In this document: in pieces, positions 9,361 to 18,943 of the stretch | How the letters are laid out: each line of letters starts with the position of its first letter | Numbering within the stretch: position 1 is the first letter of the stretch | From: Myxococcota bacterium | GTDB lineage: Bacteria; Myxococcota_A; Polyangia; Nannocystales; Nannocystaceae | Direction: 5' to 3' | Length of the DNA: 64,000 nt | Assembly: GCA_039028615.1 (NCBI GenBank) | Contig: JBCCHT010000003.1 | Coordinates: 1 to 64,000, forward strand | Notes under the pieces: generated by a model | The model's input: the letters and a program-made list of their open reading frames with translations, nothing else | Database searches by the model: none | Told to the model about the DNA's origin: nothing | Program-made: the position numbers and the translations under genes

Positions 9361-10443
9361 TCAGAGCTTGAGGCCTTCGCTCGTCAGGAAGTGGTTGAGC
9401 GCCGCCATGATCTGCCGCTCTTTGCGGTTGAGCTGGCCGATGCGCTTGACCTCTTGGCGATAGGTCGCCAGGTCACCCTCTTTGCCGACCTCCTTGATGG
9501 CGGTGGCGACCATGCGCAGCATGTCTTCGCGGCGGTTGCGTTGGCTCCGCGCGCGGAGGAACAGCAGGATCACGATGGTGAGGAACACCGCCGAGCCGAT
9601 GAGGGCGATCCACAGCATCTTGGACAGCCCGTCGTCGACCACCTCGCGGGTGTTGCTGAAGTGAACGCCGAGCTGCTGCCCGAGCTTGCCCGTCTCCGGG
9701 TCGAGCTCGGCGGCCATGCCCGAGGCGAAGCCCCGTACGGCTCCCTCGGCGACTTCCTCGACGAGCACGGGGATGTCCTTGGTGATGTTCTTGACCGCGG
9801 GACCGACGTTCTCGTCGAGGCGAGTCTGCAGGCCCTTGCCCAGCACCTCGTCCATCGTGTCCTTGATGAGCAGGCGGACCTGGGGGCGAATCTCGGTCTT
9901 GAGGCTCTTGCCGACCTCGCCGAAGAGCTTGCGGACGTTCTTCTCGGGGTTCAGGCCGATCTCTTTGCCGATCCCCTCCAGCATCTTGATGATGGCGCCG
10001 CGCGTCTCGGGGAGCTTCTCGTTGAGCCCCTTGATCGCGGCCTTGCCCGCGCCCTCGGAGATGCTCTCGACGCGCTCTTCGAGGTTCTGGCTCAGGTCGG
10101 CGATCTGTTTTTGGCGCTTGGGGTCGTGCAGCGAGTCGACGGCACCGTCGACCAGGCCGTCGGCGAGGTCATAGGACACGCCGTGGGCGATCTTGCGGAG
10201 CGCCTTGGGGTCGTCCTTGCCCTTGTTCGGCGTCTTGCCGCCGCCCGACCTTGTGCCCTTATTGCCGCCCTTGCCCTTCTTGGGCGCGGCCTTGCTCGAG
10301 TCGGTGCCGGTTCCGAGCGGCTTGCTCGCGACCTGCTGGCGGCGGATTTCGTCGCCAGAGCGGCGCAAGATACCCGCGCAGCTCGTGGCGAAGGCGAGCA
10401 TGGCCACGAGCGAGAACGCGGTCGCGATACGGATCGGGGACAT
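9361..10443 (-). CDS. Hypothetical lipoprotein with long helical region and C-terminal TM helix
   Basis: Signal peptide ending FATS-C; GAGG RBS; hydrophobic segment MLWIALIGSAVFLTIVILLFL. Confidence 0.7.
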   Translation of the reverse strand: MSPIRIATAFSLVAMLAFATSCAGILRRSGDEIRRQQVASKPLGTGTDSSKAAPKKGKGGNKGTRSGGGKTPNKGKDDPKALRKIAHGVSYDLADGLVDGAVDSLHDPKRQKQIADLSQNLEERVESISEGAGKAAIKGLNEKLPETRGAIIKMLEGIGKEIGLNPEKNVRKLFGEVGKSLKTEIRPQVRLLIKDTMDEVLGKGLQTRLDENVGPAVKNITKDIPVLVEEVAEGAVRGFASGMAAELDPETGKLGQQLGVHFSNTREVVDDGLSKMLWIALIGSAVFLTIVILLFLRARSQRNRREDMLRMVATAIKEVGKEGDLATYRQEVKRIGQLNRKERQIMAALNHFLTSEGLKL

Positions 10444-10610
10444 TCCTCTGACCTCTACGGGGAGGCAATGTCACATCCAACACGCTACGACCAAGAAACT
10501 GATGAAATGGTCGTCGTCGGCCCGTCTGAGGGGCCGGAAGCGCCCGCCCAGTGTCGTACGAGCTCGCGGAGCACCGACCGGGGGCGAGCACCCCCGAGCG
10601 TCGGCCGGGC

Positions 10611-11948
10611 TCAGGCCGCGATGCGAACCTGCCCCACCTTGGCGCGATCGAGGATGATCGGCACGCCAGTGGAAGGAGCGAGGGTCACGTTGCGGCGGAC
10701 GGGGTGCGGGGGCTGAGCATCCTGCAGCGTCACTCCGAACTCGCGCAGCAGCGTGCCCAGGACGATCCGCATCTCGAAGCCGGCAAAGGCCGCGCCGATG
10801 CAGCGTCGGTGGCCGCCGCCGAAGGGCAGGAACTCGTGGGCGCCGAACTTGCGCTCGAGGAATCGCTCGGGGCGGAAGGTCTCGGCCTGCGGATAGAGCT
10901 CTTCGTTGCGATGAATCCCCAGGATGCTGGCCGACACGGCGGTGGGCGGGGCGAGCTGGTGACCGCCCAGCTCGGTGGGCTCGTGCAGGGTCCGCATCAC
11001 CTCGGTGATGATGGGGTACAGGCGCAGGGTCTCGTTGGTCACCGCGTCGAGATAGGGGACCTTGGCCACGGCCTCCGGATCGGCGTCGGGGCCCAGGGCG
11101 CGCAGCTCTTCGACGAGGCGCTCGGCGACCTTCGGGTGCCGCCCGATGAGGTCGACGGCCCACGACAACGCGATGCCCGTGGTCTCGTGCCCAGCGAAGA
11201 GCAAGGTGCGGAGCTCGTCGCGGATCTCCTCGTCGTCCATGCGCCCGCCCTCGTCGTCACGGGCGGCCAGCAGCATGCTCAAGATGTCCTCGCCTTCGCC
11301 CTGCGCTCGCGTCTGCTCGACCTGCTCTTGCAGCATCTCGTCGAGCTTCAGCCAGATGCGGCGGAACTTGGCGTAGGGCGACAGCCCCCACAGCTCGCGC
11401 TGCAAGAAGGGCATGAAGATGAACGCGGGGGAGGTCGCGTCGACCAGCGTGGTGATCGCGTCCGCGAACTCTTGCACGCGCGTGGAGTCTTGCACCCCGA
11501 ACACGGTCTGGAGGATGACCTCCAGCGAGATCCGCTGCGTGAGGGGATGCAGCTCCACCGGTCCGGGGCCTGCCGCCTCGTCGAACACGGAGTGCGCGAT
11601 ATGCTGCATGGCCTGGGCGTAGGCGCGCATGCGGGAGCCGTGGAAGGACGGCATGATCAGCTTGCGATGGCGCCGATGCTCGGTGTGGCGAAACTGAAAC
11701 AACGAGCGCGGCCCGGTGAGCGCCTTCATGCCCTCGGCGGCGAAGGGGGAGTAGCCCTTGGGGTTCGTGCCGAAGATCTGCTTCACCAGCTCGGGGCGGG
11801 CGGTCATCACCACGTCGCCGTTGATCACCGGGACCATGAATGGGTCGCCGTAGCGTTCGAACCAGCGCGGCATCGAGGTCATGGGTTTGGCGAGCACCTG
11901 GTAGGTGGACCACAGGCGAAGCGAAGGGCCGGGGATGCGAGCTGCCAT
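10611..11948 (-). CDS. Cytochrome P450
   Basis: I-helix FAGHETT, K-helix ETLR, PERF, heme-ligand FGGGHRRCIG. Confidence 0.96.
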   Translation of the reverse strand: MAARIPGPSLRLWSTYQVLAKPMTSMPRWFERYGDPFMVPVINGDVVMTARPELVKQIFGTNPKGYSPFAAEGMKALTGPRSLFQFRHTEHRRHRKLIMPSFHGSRMRAYAQAMQHIAHSVFDEAAGPGPVELHPLTQRISLEVILQTVFGVQDSTRVQEFADAITTLVDATSPAFIFMPFLQRELWGLSPYAKFRRIWLKLDEMLQEQVEQTRAQGEGEDILSMLLAARDDEGGRMDDEEIRDELRTLLFAGHETTGIALSWAVDLIGRHPKVAERLVEELRALGPDADPEAVAKVPYLDAVTNETLRLYPIITEVMRTLHEPTELGGHQLAPPTAVSASILGIHRNEELYPQAETFRPERFLERKFGAHEFLPFGGGHRRCIGAAFAGFEMRIVLGTLLREFGVTLQDAQPPHPVRRNVTLAPSTGVPIILDRAKVGQVRIAA

Positions 11949-12278
11949 GAACGAGACTCAGCGTACGGCGACCCGCGCCAACATCCAGGGGTCCCTGCCG
12001 CCAAATCGGCGTCGAATCGCGCCACCGCGGCGGGCCAAAAGCGTAGAACCGCGACGTATCGGATCAGTCGTTTTTGCTCGTCGGAAATCGTGATCGAATG
12101 ACCGTCAGATTCCGATCCCGCCGCCGCAAAGGCAGGGGGAAACAGCGTCCATAGGGAGCAACCGGGCGTTGCGGGCGTTATTGCGCATCGCATCGTCTGC
12201 CAATGGAGCGAGCCCGGATCATGGCCTTTCGGTCGGATTCGCGCGTTTTGCCACACCTAACCCAAGAGAACCCCCACG

Positions 12279-13928
12279 ATGCGTACGTCCCTTCAGTCCC
12301 CCATGGCGGTCATCGCCGCTTCGCTGGCGCTTGCGGCCTGCCAGACCTCGGAAGACGAGATCCAATTTCGTAGCACTTACACAACCAACGTGACCCTCGA
12401 TGGAGGAGACGACGGCGGCCCCAACTGCGAGCCCACCGAGTTCTTCGACGTCAACGAGCGCCGCTCGCTATTCGAGACGCATGAGCTGGCCCTGTCCGCG
12501 TTCCAGATGGACGAGGTGCTCGACGCCATCGCGGTCAACGGTGGTCTCACGTCCAACCCGGGCCAGACCCACGATCAGCTGATGGACACCTACAACCCCA
12601 GCCCCGGCCTGGGCTTGGGAGGCAACTGCGACGACGAGGTCGACTTCAACGGCGACCCCGGACTCAACGGCTACCCGCTGCAGTGCGGCCGGGCCGAGGG
12701 CGACCAGATCGGCAACATGGACGAGTGGTTCCCCATCGCGGTGGTCAACCGCTTCGATCTCGCGCCCTCGGACGGCTCGAACTGCGGCGAGGCGCGCATC
12801 GTCATGGCCAACGTGCGGCAGCAGTTCCCGAACCGCTTCTTCACCATCTTCGAGGCGCAGGTCCCCAACCCCGATCCCTCCTGTGGCATCGACGCGTGCG
12901 CGCCCGTGCAGGAGTTCTGGGCCAGCCTGACGGACATCGACGATCCGGTCGAGCGCGGTGAGCAGCTGCGCATGGCCTTCCTCGACGGTCACCCCGATCT
13001 CGAGGCGGCTGGCTTCCCGCCCTTCGTGCGCCACCAGGCCTTCACCTTCGGCGCGGGCCAGGTCCGGACCAACAACTTCCACGAGTTCCCGTGGACCCTG
13101 CGCGAGTTCAAGACCGTCGCCGTCAAGCCGCAGCCGAGCATCGGCCCCGTCGCCAAGGGCGGAGCCTTCGAGCCCGCGCCCTCGCCCGGCCTTCTGCGCA
13201 TGGTCCAGGTGCCCGTGGCCGCCAACCCCTTCGGCGAGCTGTGGGACGACACCGCGATGTTGCCGCAGAGCAAGAAGTGCCTCGACGCCCTGGTCGCCAC
13301 CGTGCCCAGTCTCATGAGCGACAACCCCAACCTCATGGGGGTGTCGGTGCCCACCGAGTGCTTGGCGGCCGAGAGCCCCGACACCAGCGCGATGGACTAC
13401 CCCAACCACCTCAACCCGGGGGGGCCGCTGGCCAACGCGATCCAGAACGCGATCTTCGCCGAGGATCCGATGAGCAGCCTCCAGCCGGTCCACATCGCTC
13501 GCCGGGCCCTGTTCGCGGGCGGCTGCATCGGGTGCCATCAGCGTAGCAACTTCGGTTCGAACAACGACCTGGGCAACGGCGTGAACGCCCCGGTCTCGCT
13601 GGGTTTCGTACACACCAGCGAGTTCGCCCAAGAGGATTGCGGCGACGGAGACAGCTCCTGCTTCGTGATCTCGAGCGCGCTCAAGGACTCGTTCTTGCCC
13701 CACCGCAAGAGCGTGATGGACACCTTCCTCAACGACGGTCCGTGCTGCGAGCCGAACGACGTCGACATCGGCGTCGATCCGGGCCCGATCCCCTTGCCCG
13801 AGCCCGTGCCGCTGCCCATCGAGGAGGCGGAGATCGACGTCGAGCAGATGCTCGAGGCCGAGGCCGATGCGGTCGCCGCTCAGTCGCCCGTGACCGTGTC
13901 GGGCACGTCGACCAAGCGCGCTCACTGA
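12279..13928 (+). CDS. Cys-rich lipoprotein with one CxxCH (putative monoheme c-type cytochrome)
   Basis: Lipobox LAA-C; GCIGCHQ near the C-terminus; GC3-rich codon usage. Confidence 0.7.
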   Translation: MRTSLQSPMAVIAASLALAACQTSEDEIQFRSTYTTNVTLDGGDDGGPNCEPTEFFDVNERRSLFETHELALSAFQMDEVLDAIAVNGGLTSNPGQTHDQLMDTYNPSPGLGLGGNCDDEVDFNGDPGLNGYPLQCGRAEGDQIGNMDEWFPIAVVNRFDLAPSDGSNCGEARIVMANVRQQFPNRFFTIFEAQVPNPDPSCGIDACAPVQEFWASLTDIDDPVERGEQLRMAFLDGHPDLEAAGFPPFVRHQAFTFGAGQVRTNNFHEFPWTLREFKTVAVKPQPSIGPVAKGGAFEPAPSPGLLRMVQVPVAANPFGELWDDTAMLPQSKKCLDALVATVPSLMSDNPNLMGVSVPTECLAAESPDTSAMDYPNHLNPGGPLANAIQNAIFAEDPMSSLQPVHIARRALFAGGCIGCHQRSNFGSNNDLGNGVNAPVSLGFVHTSEFAQEDCGDGDSSCFVISSALKDSFLPHRKSVMDTFLNDGPCCEPNDVDIGVDPGPIPLPEPVPLPIEEAEIDVEQMLEAEADAVAAQSPVTVSGTSTKRAH

Positions 13929-13937
13929 GCGCCGTCG

Positions 13938-13969
13938 CTCGGGGCTCGACCGCGTGGTCGGGCCCCGAG
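13938..13969. terminator. 14-bp hairpin between convergent genes (probable bidirectional terminator)
   Basis: CTCGGGGCTCGACC-GCGT-GGTCGGGCCCCGAG between the stops at 13928 and 13977. Confidence 0.6.
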
Positions 13970-13976
13970 GTGAGCT

Positions 13977-14672
13977 TCAGTCCGTGCCGGTCGGCGACGG
14001 GTCGTCGTCCGACGGCACCGCGCAGTGAAACCCGTCGTCGGACTCGACGCACTCGAGGTCGTCGGGGCACGGGTCGTCGACGGGGTCGCACGGGGGCAGG
14101 CACAGCGCGAGCCCGGGCTCGTAGTGATCGGAGCACACCATGTCCGTGCCCGGGCATGAAAGCGGCTCGGGAAAGTTCTGGGTGCAGTACTCTGTGCACG
14201 TGCCGTACAGGCACATCGCCCCCAGTTCGCAGGGATCGACGAAGGCCTCGATCTGCGCCATGCAGGGCTCGCCCGTGCCCAGCGGGTCATCGATGAGCGG
14301 AACGCAGCGAGTCTTGGTCCAGCCCAGTTCGGGCAGGATCAAAGGCACACACTTTTCGCCCGTCGGACAATCTTGTCTGTAGACGTCGCACGGGAAGCAC
14401 ACTCCACCTCCATCGGTCTTTTGGATGAAGCTGATGTCGTCGAGTCCATCGTCGCTCGACGAGTCTGACGATGAGCTGTCCGCTCCCGTCGAGCTGGTGG
14501 ACGTCGAGGCCGATGGCACAGACCCGCCGCCGCCTGTGCCTCCTGCTACCGGAGCAGAGGGCTCGATGGATGGCCCGCACGCGAGGCATCCGAGGAGTCC
14601 AACCGCCCCGAGCCCTTTCCCGAATCTCGCTCCTCCAAGCAGAGGAATGATAGGATTGATGCGGGTTGGCAC
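13977..14672 (-). CDS. Cys-rich repeat lipoprotein (start uncertain)
   Basis: Lipobox CLA-C, S/T/G linker, CDVYRQDCPTGEKC motif shared with 18944..19804; nearest in-frame GTG is at 14672. Confidence 0.7.
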   Translation of the reverse strand: MPTRINPIIPLLGGARFGKGLGAVGLLGCLACGPSIEPSAPVAGGTGGGGSVPSASTSTSSTGADSSSSDSSSDDGLDDISFIQKTDGGGVCFPCDVYRQDCPTGEKCVPLILPELGWTKTRCVPLIDDPLGTGEPCMAQIEAFVDPCELGAMCLYGTCTEYCTQNFPEPLSCPGTDMVCSDHYEPGLALCLPPCDPVDDPCPDDLECVESDDGFHCAVPSDDDPSPTGTD

Positions 14673-14764
14673 AATTATTGTTAGTTTTATCGCACGCGAG
14701 GCACTGCCCGCAACCGTAAACGGACTCATCAATCGCGTGATCCACGCGATCTGGCGCACCGAGC

Positions 14765-15166
14765 TCAGCAGCCGAGGTGGGCCCGGACGATGCTGACGAC
14801 CGCGGCGTCGTCGTCGAGGCCTTCGGGCGTGGCGAGGTCGTCGTCGCCATCGCGACACAACAAGAAGTACTGCACGGCTGCGCGGGCGAGCTGTTGGCCT
14901 TCTTCATCGAACGTGGACCAGGCATCGAGCAGTCGTTCGCAGTCTCGTGCGATGGCGTGGCCGATGGAGGCCGGGGGCCCATGGCCGGCCGCGGCCGCTT
15001 CGTCGATGGCTCGCAGGTAATGGGGAATCTGCTCGCGGAGGCCGTCGGCGGAGCGAATCGCCGAACCGAGCAATCGAGAGAAGCTGGCGCGGGCCTCCGG
15101 CGGTAGCCGGGCCACGATGGGATGCTCGGTCGCGTCGGTCACTGCGGCAAGCATAGCGCTCGTCAC
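14765..15166 (-). CDS. Small hypothetical protein, DUF1232/YkvA-like C-terminus
   Basis: AVQYFLLCRDGDDDLATPEGLDDDAAVV resembles the YF...D..PD...G..DD motif. Confidence 0.6.
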   Translation of the reverse strand: MTSAMLAAVTDATEHPIVARLPPEARASFSRLLGSAIRSADGLREQIPHYLRAIDEAAAAGHGPPASIGHAIARDCERLLDAWSTFDEEGQQLARAAVQYFLLCRDGDDDLATPEGLDDDAAVVSIVRAHLGC

Positions 15167-15198
15167 CGCGTGGTGTCGCCGGAGTTTGTGAACAAAGC

Positions 15199-15229
15199 CG
15201 CGGAACTCGGCCGTCGACCGAGCTCCGCG
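15199..15229 (-). terminator. Probable intrinsic terminator of the 16126 gene
   Basis: CGCGGAACTCGG...CCGAGCTCCGCG stem followed on the minus strand by GCTTTGTT, 18 nt past the stop. Confidence 0.5.
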
Positions 15230-15247
15230 AGGCGTTCGATCTCGGGA

Positions 15248-16126
15248 TCAGGTGGTGACCACGAAGCTCTGGATCATGTTCGAGTCGGGCAGTGGCTGCT
15301 GACGAAGCCAGCCCTTCTTGTCGTCGCTGTCGCCACTCTTGAAGGAGTAGACGTGCGGGGAGCCGATCAGCGTCTGGTACAGGTCGGGCGCCACGAAGTT
15401 CAGCAGGCCCAGCGCGCTGATGTTCGTCGGGTCGGGCAGGGGGACGCCGATGTCCTTGCTGGCCTGGAGGCGTGCAACGAGGTCGGGGTGCTGCCCCGAC
15501 CGAAGCGCGGAGAGGAAGGTCAGGCACAGCCAGTAGCCGCCGATGGCCATGTCCATGTCGGCATCGGAGATGCTGGTCTTGAGGGTGAGGAACTGGACCG
15601 TGCTGCCCGACTCGATGGCGCCGCCGTCGGTGAGCCCGTCCCAACGTCCCGGGCGCAGCATGATGGGGAACTGGTAGAGGTATTGTTTGACGCTGGTGGC
15701 GGCGGCCATGAGCTTGAACAGCTCGCCGACCTTGCTGAAGATGCACTTGAACCAGGCCGAGGCGCCTTCATCCTCGCACTCCTTGGCCGCGTCGATGACC
15801 GCCTGGAGCAGGTCGATGACTTCTTCTTGGGGGAACGACTCCTCGTGCTGCCAGGCGAGATAGTCCTCGACGTTCTTGGCGTTGATGGTCTGCCCGTCGT
15901 TGTGGCCGCTGGTGATCTTGATGCCGGCCATGTCCCCGTAGCAAAGCGTCCCGCCGCTGTTGTACTGGGGCGCGAGCACTTGGAAGGACCCCTCGGGCTC
16001 CTTGTAGACGTACACGTGGTTGGACATGCCGTGGGTGTCCGTGTCGAGCTTCAGCCTCGACACGTCGGAGGGATAGAAGGTGATGCTTCCTGCATAAGTG
16101 AGGGCGGTGTTGGTCGTCGTAGACAT
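15248..16126 (-). CDS. Hypothetical protein (no signal peptide, possible beta-trefoil-like repeats)
   Basis: 292-aa ORF with globular composition and GC3-rich codons; own upstream AT-richer region and downstream terminator. Confidence 0.72.
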   Translation of the reverse strand: MSTTTNTALTYAGSITFYPSDVSRLKLDTDTHGMSNHVYVYKEPEGSFQVLAPQYNSGGTLCYGDMAGIKITSGHNDGQTINAKNVEDYLAWQHEESFPQEEVIDLLQAVIDAAKECEDEGASAWFKCIFSKVGELFKLMAAATSVKQYLYQFPIMLRPGRWDGLTDGGAIESGSTVQFLTLKTSISDADMDMAIGGYWLCLTFLSALRSGQHPDLVARLQASKDIGVPLPDPTNISALGLLNFVAPDLYQTLIGSPHVYSFKSGDSDDKKGWLRQQPLPDSNMIQSFVVTT

Positions 16127-16330
16127 CGCCGCCGATGCTAGGGAGCAATAGTGTTCAATTGTGCACAGGACAGATGAACGGGGCTTCGTGATGTTGTGTC
16201 ATTGACCTGGCCTCGAGTGTGGCAGTGTCCCGTTCGGTCGTATCGAAGGTGGACGATTCTCGTTCGCTTGGTTGGGCGTTGGTCGATACCCGGCCGAAGG
16301 AGAGCGGATTCGTACCACGAAGTGGTTACT

Positions 16331-17272
16331 TCAGGCCGTGCTCGGTTTCGGTCGAATTCGAGTGATCTCCGCGGGGCCGAGCGGGCGAAGCTCCTCGTGC
16401 ACGAAGTCGAGGAACGCCCGGACCTTGGGCGAGCGACGACGCCCGGGCAGGGTCACTGCGAACACGTCGGGCCCCGACGTCGCGTACTCGGGCAGCACTT
16501 CCACCAGTCGGCCGCGTTGGCAATCGGCCGCGACCATGAAGTCGAAGACCTGCGCGATGCCCATGCCCGCAATCGCGGTCTCGACCACAAGCGGGCCCTG
16601 ATCGACGTCGACGCGCCCGGTGATCTCGTGAGTGGTGATGGCCCGGGTCGTGGGATCAGAGAAGCTCCAGGGCACGAGCTTGCCTCGCGGGGAGCGAAAA
16701 CACAGGCAGTCGTGGCGGCGAAGCTCCTCCGGGGTCGTGGGCGCGGCAGACCGCGCCAGGTAGGCCGGAGACGCCACCGTGGCCCAGCGGGTGGTCAGCA
16801 GGCGTCGGGCGACGAGGGTAGAGTCGCGCAGCGGGCCGACCCGCAGCGCCACGTCGATGCGGTCGTCCACCAGTGCCGCCACGCGATCGGTGATCCGAAG
16901 CTCCACTCGCAGGTCGGGGTGGCGAGCCACGAAGCGCGGCAGCAGGCGCACCAAGAAGTGCCCCAGGACATGCGACAGCGAGACCCGCAGCTCCCCCCGC
17001 GGGGCCCGGGCGGCGGCCGAGGCCTGGTCGCGCCCCGCCTGCACCAAGGCCATCGCGTCCTGGCAGCGGGCCAAGAAGCGGGTGCCTTCGTCGCTCAGGG
17101 TCACCGTGCGGGTGGTGCGGTGGAGCAGCTCGACTCCCAGCTGTGCCTCGAGCCGCTTGACCGCCTTGCTCACCGCGGCCGGGGTCACGCCCAGCTCGCG
17201 CGCGGCCGCCCGGAAGCTCAGCGCCTTGGCGGTATGAACGAAGGGCACCACGCCATCGAAGAGATCGGGCAT
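16331..17272 (-). CDS. LysR-family transcriptional regulator (CrgA/DmlR-like)
   Basis: HTH SFRAAARELGVTPAAVSKAVKRLEAQLGVELLHRTTR; substrate domain IDVALRVG, ASPAYL, SPKVRAFLDF. Confidence 0.95.
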   Translation of the reverse strand: MPDLFDGVVPFVHTAKALSFRAAARELGVTPAAVSKAVKRLEAQLGVELLHRTTRTVTLSDEGTRFLARCQDAMALVQAGRDQASAAARAPRGELRVSLSHVLGHFLVRLLPRFVARHPDLRVELRITDRVAALVDDRIDVALRVGPLRDSTLVARRLLTTRWATVASPAYLARSAAPTTPEELRRHDCLCFRSPRGKLVPWSFSDPTTRAITTHEITGRVDVDQGPLVVETAIAGMGIAQVFDFMVAADCQRGRLVEVLPEYATSGPDVFAVTLPGRRRSPKVRAFLDFVHEELRPLGPAEITRIRPKPSTA

Positions 17273-17282
17273 GGCGGGATTA

Positions 17283-17297
17283 TCAACCAGGAGTTGA
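17283..17297. promoter_or_regulatory. Dyad TCAAC-N5-GTTGA, probable LysR binding site in the divergent promoter
   Basis: Perfect 5-bp dyad 10 nt upstream of the LysR ATG, in the 97-bp divergent gap. Confidence 0.5.
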
Positions 17298-17369
17298 CAA
17301 AGAAGCGACCGCGGCGCGCTTGAACCGTCCGCGTGCGAGGCCTAGGTTGGGCTCAGGAGTCACAACGAC

Positions 17370-18041
17370 ATGAAGATCGCGGTACTGGGCACGGGAATGG
17401 TGGGCACCACGCTGGCCTCGAAGATGGTCGAGCGTGGTCACGAAGTCATGATGGGGTCGCGCACGGCCGACAACGAAAAGGCCCGCGCATGGGTGGAGGC
17501 CAGCGGCGAGCGGGCCCGGCACGGCACCTTCGAGGACGCGGCTCGTTTCGGCGACTGGGTCTTCAACTGTACGTCGGGCATGGCCTCGCTGAAGGCCCTC
17601 GAGGCCGCAGGGGCGGAAGCACTGGGTGACAAGATCCTCGTGGACGTGGCCAACCCGCTCGACTTTTCGCAGGGCTTCCCGCCGCGGCTGTCGGTCGCCA
17701 ACGACGACTCGCTGGGCGAGCAGATCCAGCGCGCGTTCCCCCGTACCCGGGTGGTCAAGGCGCTCAATACGGTGACCTGTACGGTGATGGTCGAGCCGTC
17801 CCGGGTGCCCGGGGAGCACGACATCTTCGTCTGTGGCGACGACGAGGCGGCCCGGGCCGCGGTGGCGGGCTTCCTGAAGGAGGACTTCGGTTGGCCCACC
17901 GTCACCGATCTCGGCGCGCTGTCCAATGCGCGTGCCACCGAGGCCTGGCTCCTGCTGTGGACGCGGCTTTATGGGCGGCTGGGCCACGCCGACTTCAACC
18001 TGCGCGTCGTCACCGCCGAGGGGGGAGGGCAGGCCCGATGA
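17370..18041 (+). CDS. NADP-dependent oxidoreductase (F420-dependent NADP reductase-like)
   Basis: MKIAVLGTGMVG, GSR, DVANPLD, VVKALNT, CGDD; AGGAG RBS. Confidence 0.9.
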   Translation: MKIAVLGTGMVGTTLASKMVERGHEVMMGSRTADNEKARAWVEASGERARHGTFEDAARFGDWVFNCTSGMASLKALEAAGAEALGDKILVDVANPLDFSQGFPPRLSVANDDSLGEQIQRAFPRTRVVKALNTVTCTVMVEPSRVPGEHDIFVCGDDEAARAAVAGFLKEDFGWPTVTDLGALSNARATEAWLLLWTRLYGRLGHADFNLRVVTAEGGGQAR

Positions 18042-18760
18042 GCCCGAAAATCGCAATCGTCACTGGGGCGAACCGAGGCCTGGGCCGCGAGGTCGCGCAT
18101 GGCTTGGCGCGGCGCGGGATGACGGTGGTGGTCACCGGGCGCAGGCTCGAGCCTCTGGCGGCCGTGGTCGAGTCGATCGAAGGCGAAGGGCATCGGGCCG
18201 AGGCCGCGGTGCTGGACGTGTCCTCGGACGAGAGCGTCGATGCCTTTGCCGCCGGGCACCTCGCTCGGTTGTCGCGGGTGGATGTGCTGGTCAACAACGC
18301 GGGGGCGATCTTCGAGGCGACCAACGACCGCGGGCAATCCTCGGCTGCGTCTCCGCTGGTGGTGCCGACCGAGATCGTCGCGAAGGCGCTGAACACCAAC
18401 ACGCTCGGCGCCTATCGCTTGCTCCGCCACGTGCTGCCGATCATGAATGCGCAGGGCCATGGGCGGGTGGTGAACGTGTCGTCGGGCATGGGCGCGCTGG
18501 GGGACATGGACGGCGGGTGGCCGGCCTATCGCATCTCCAAGACGGCCTTGCATGCCGTCACCCGGGTCTTTTACGCCGAAGCGGCGGCGGGAGTGAAGGT
18601 CAACGCGGTGTGCCCGGGCTGGGTGCGGACGGACATGGGCGGCGCCGCGGCGACTCGTTCCGTACCCGAGGGTGCAGCCAGCATTCTCATCGCGGCCACG
18701 CTCCCCGACGACGGACCCTCGGGCGTGTTCCTCCGAGACGGCGAGACGATCGACTGGTAG
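18038..18760 (+). CDS. SDR, carbonyl-reductase-like
   Basis: TGANRGLG, LVNNAG, NVSSGMG, YRISK, CPGWVRTDMGG; ATGA overlap with the upstream gene. Confidence 0.92.
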   Translation: MSPKIAIVTGANRGLGREVAHGLARRGMTVVVTGRRLEPLAAVVESIEGEGHRAEAAVLDVSSDESVDAFAAGHLARLSRVDVLVNNAGAIFEATNDRGQSSAASPLVVPTEIVAKALNTNTLGAYRLLRHVLPIMNAQGHGRVVNVSSGMGALGDMDGGWPAYRISKTALHAVTRVFYAEAAAGVKVNAVCPGWVRTDMGGAAATRSVPEGAASILIAATLPDDGPSGVFLRDGETIDW

Positions 18761-18943
18761 TCCGTAAGAAATACCCTGAGCCAATGAAATATGATTTCAT
18801 TCGAGGAGCTACGGTGGTCGTATTTTTGGACGAATAGAACGGAAAGGCGGCCTTTTTATCGCGACGGTTGAAAACTGTTTTCAATTGTCTACGCTTCGCG
18901 AATGGCCATCGACGAGGCGATCCGTAGGTCCTGGACGCGAATC

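Noticed and set aside
14666..14682. Sigma54-like TTGGCACAATTATTGTT on the plus strand
   Set aside because: The -12 element is TTGT rather than TTGC, and no plus-strand gene lies downstream
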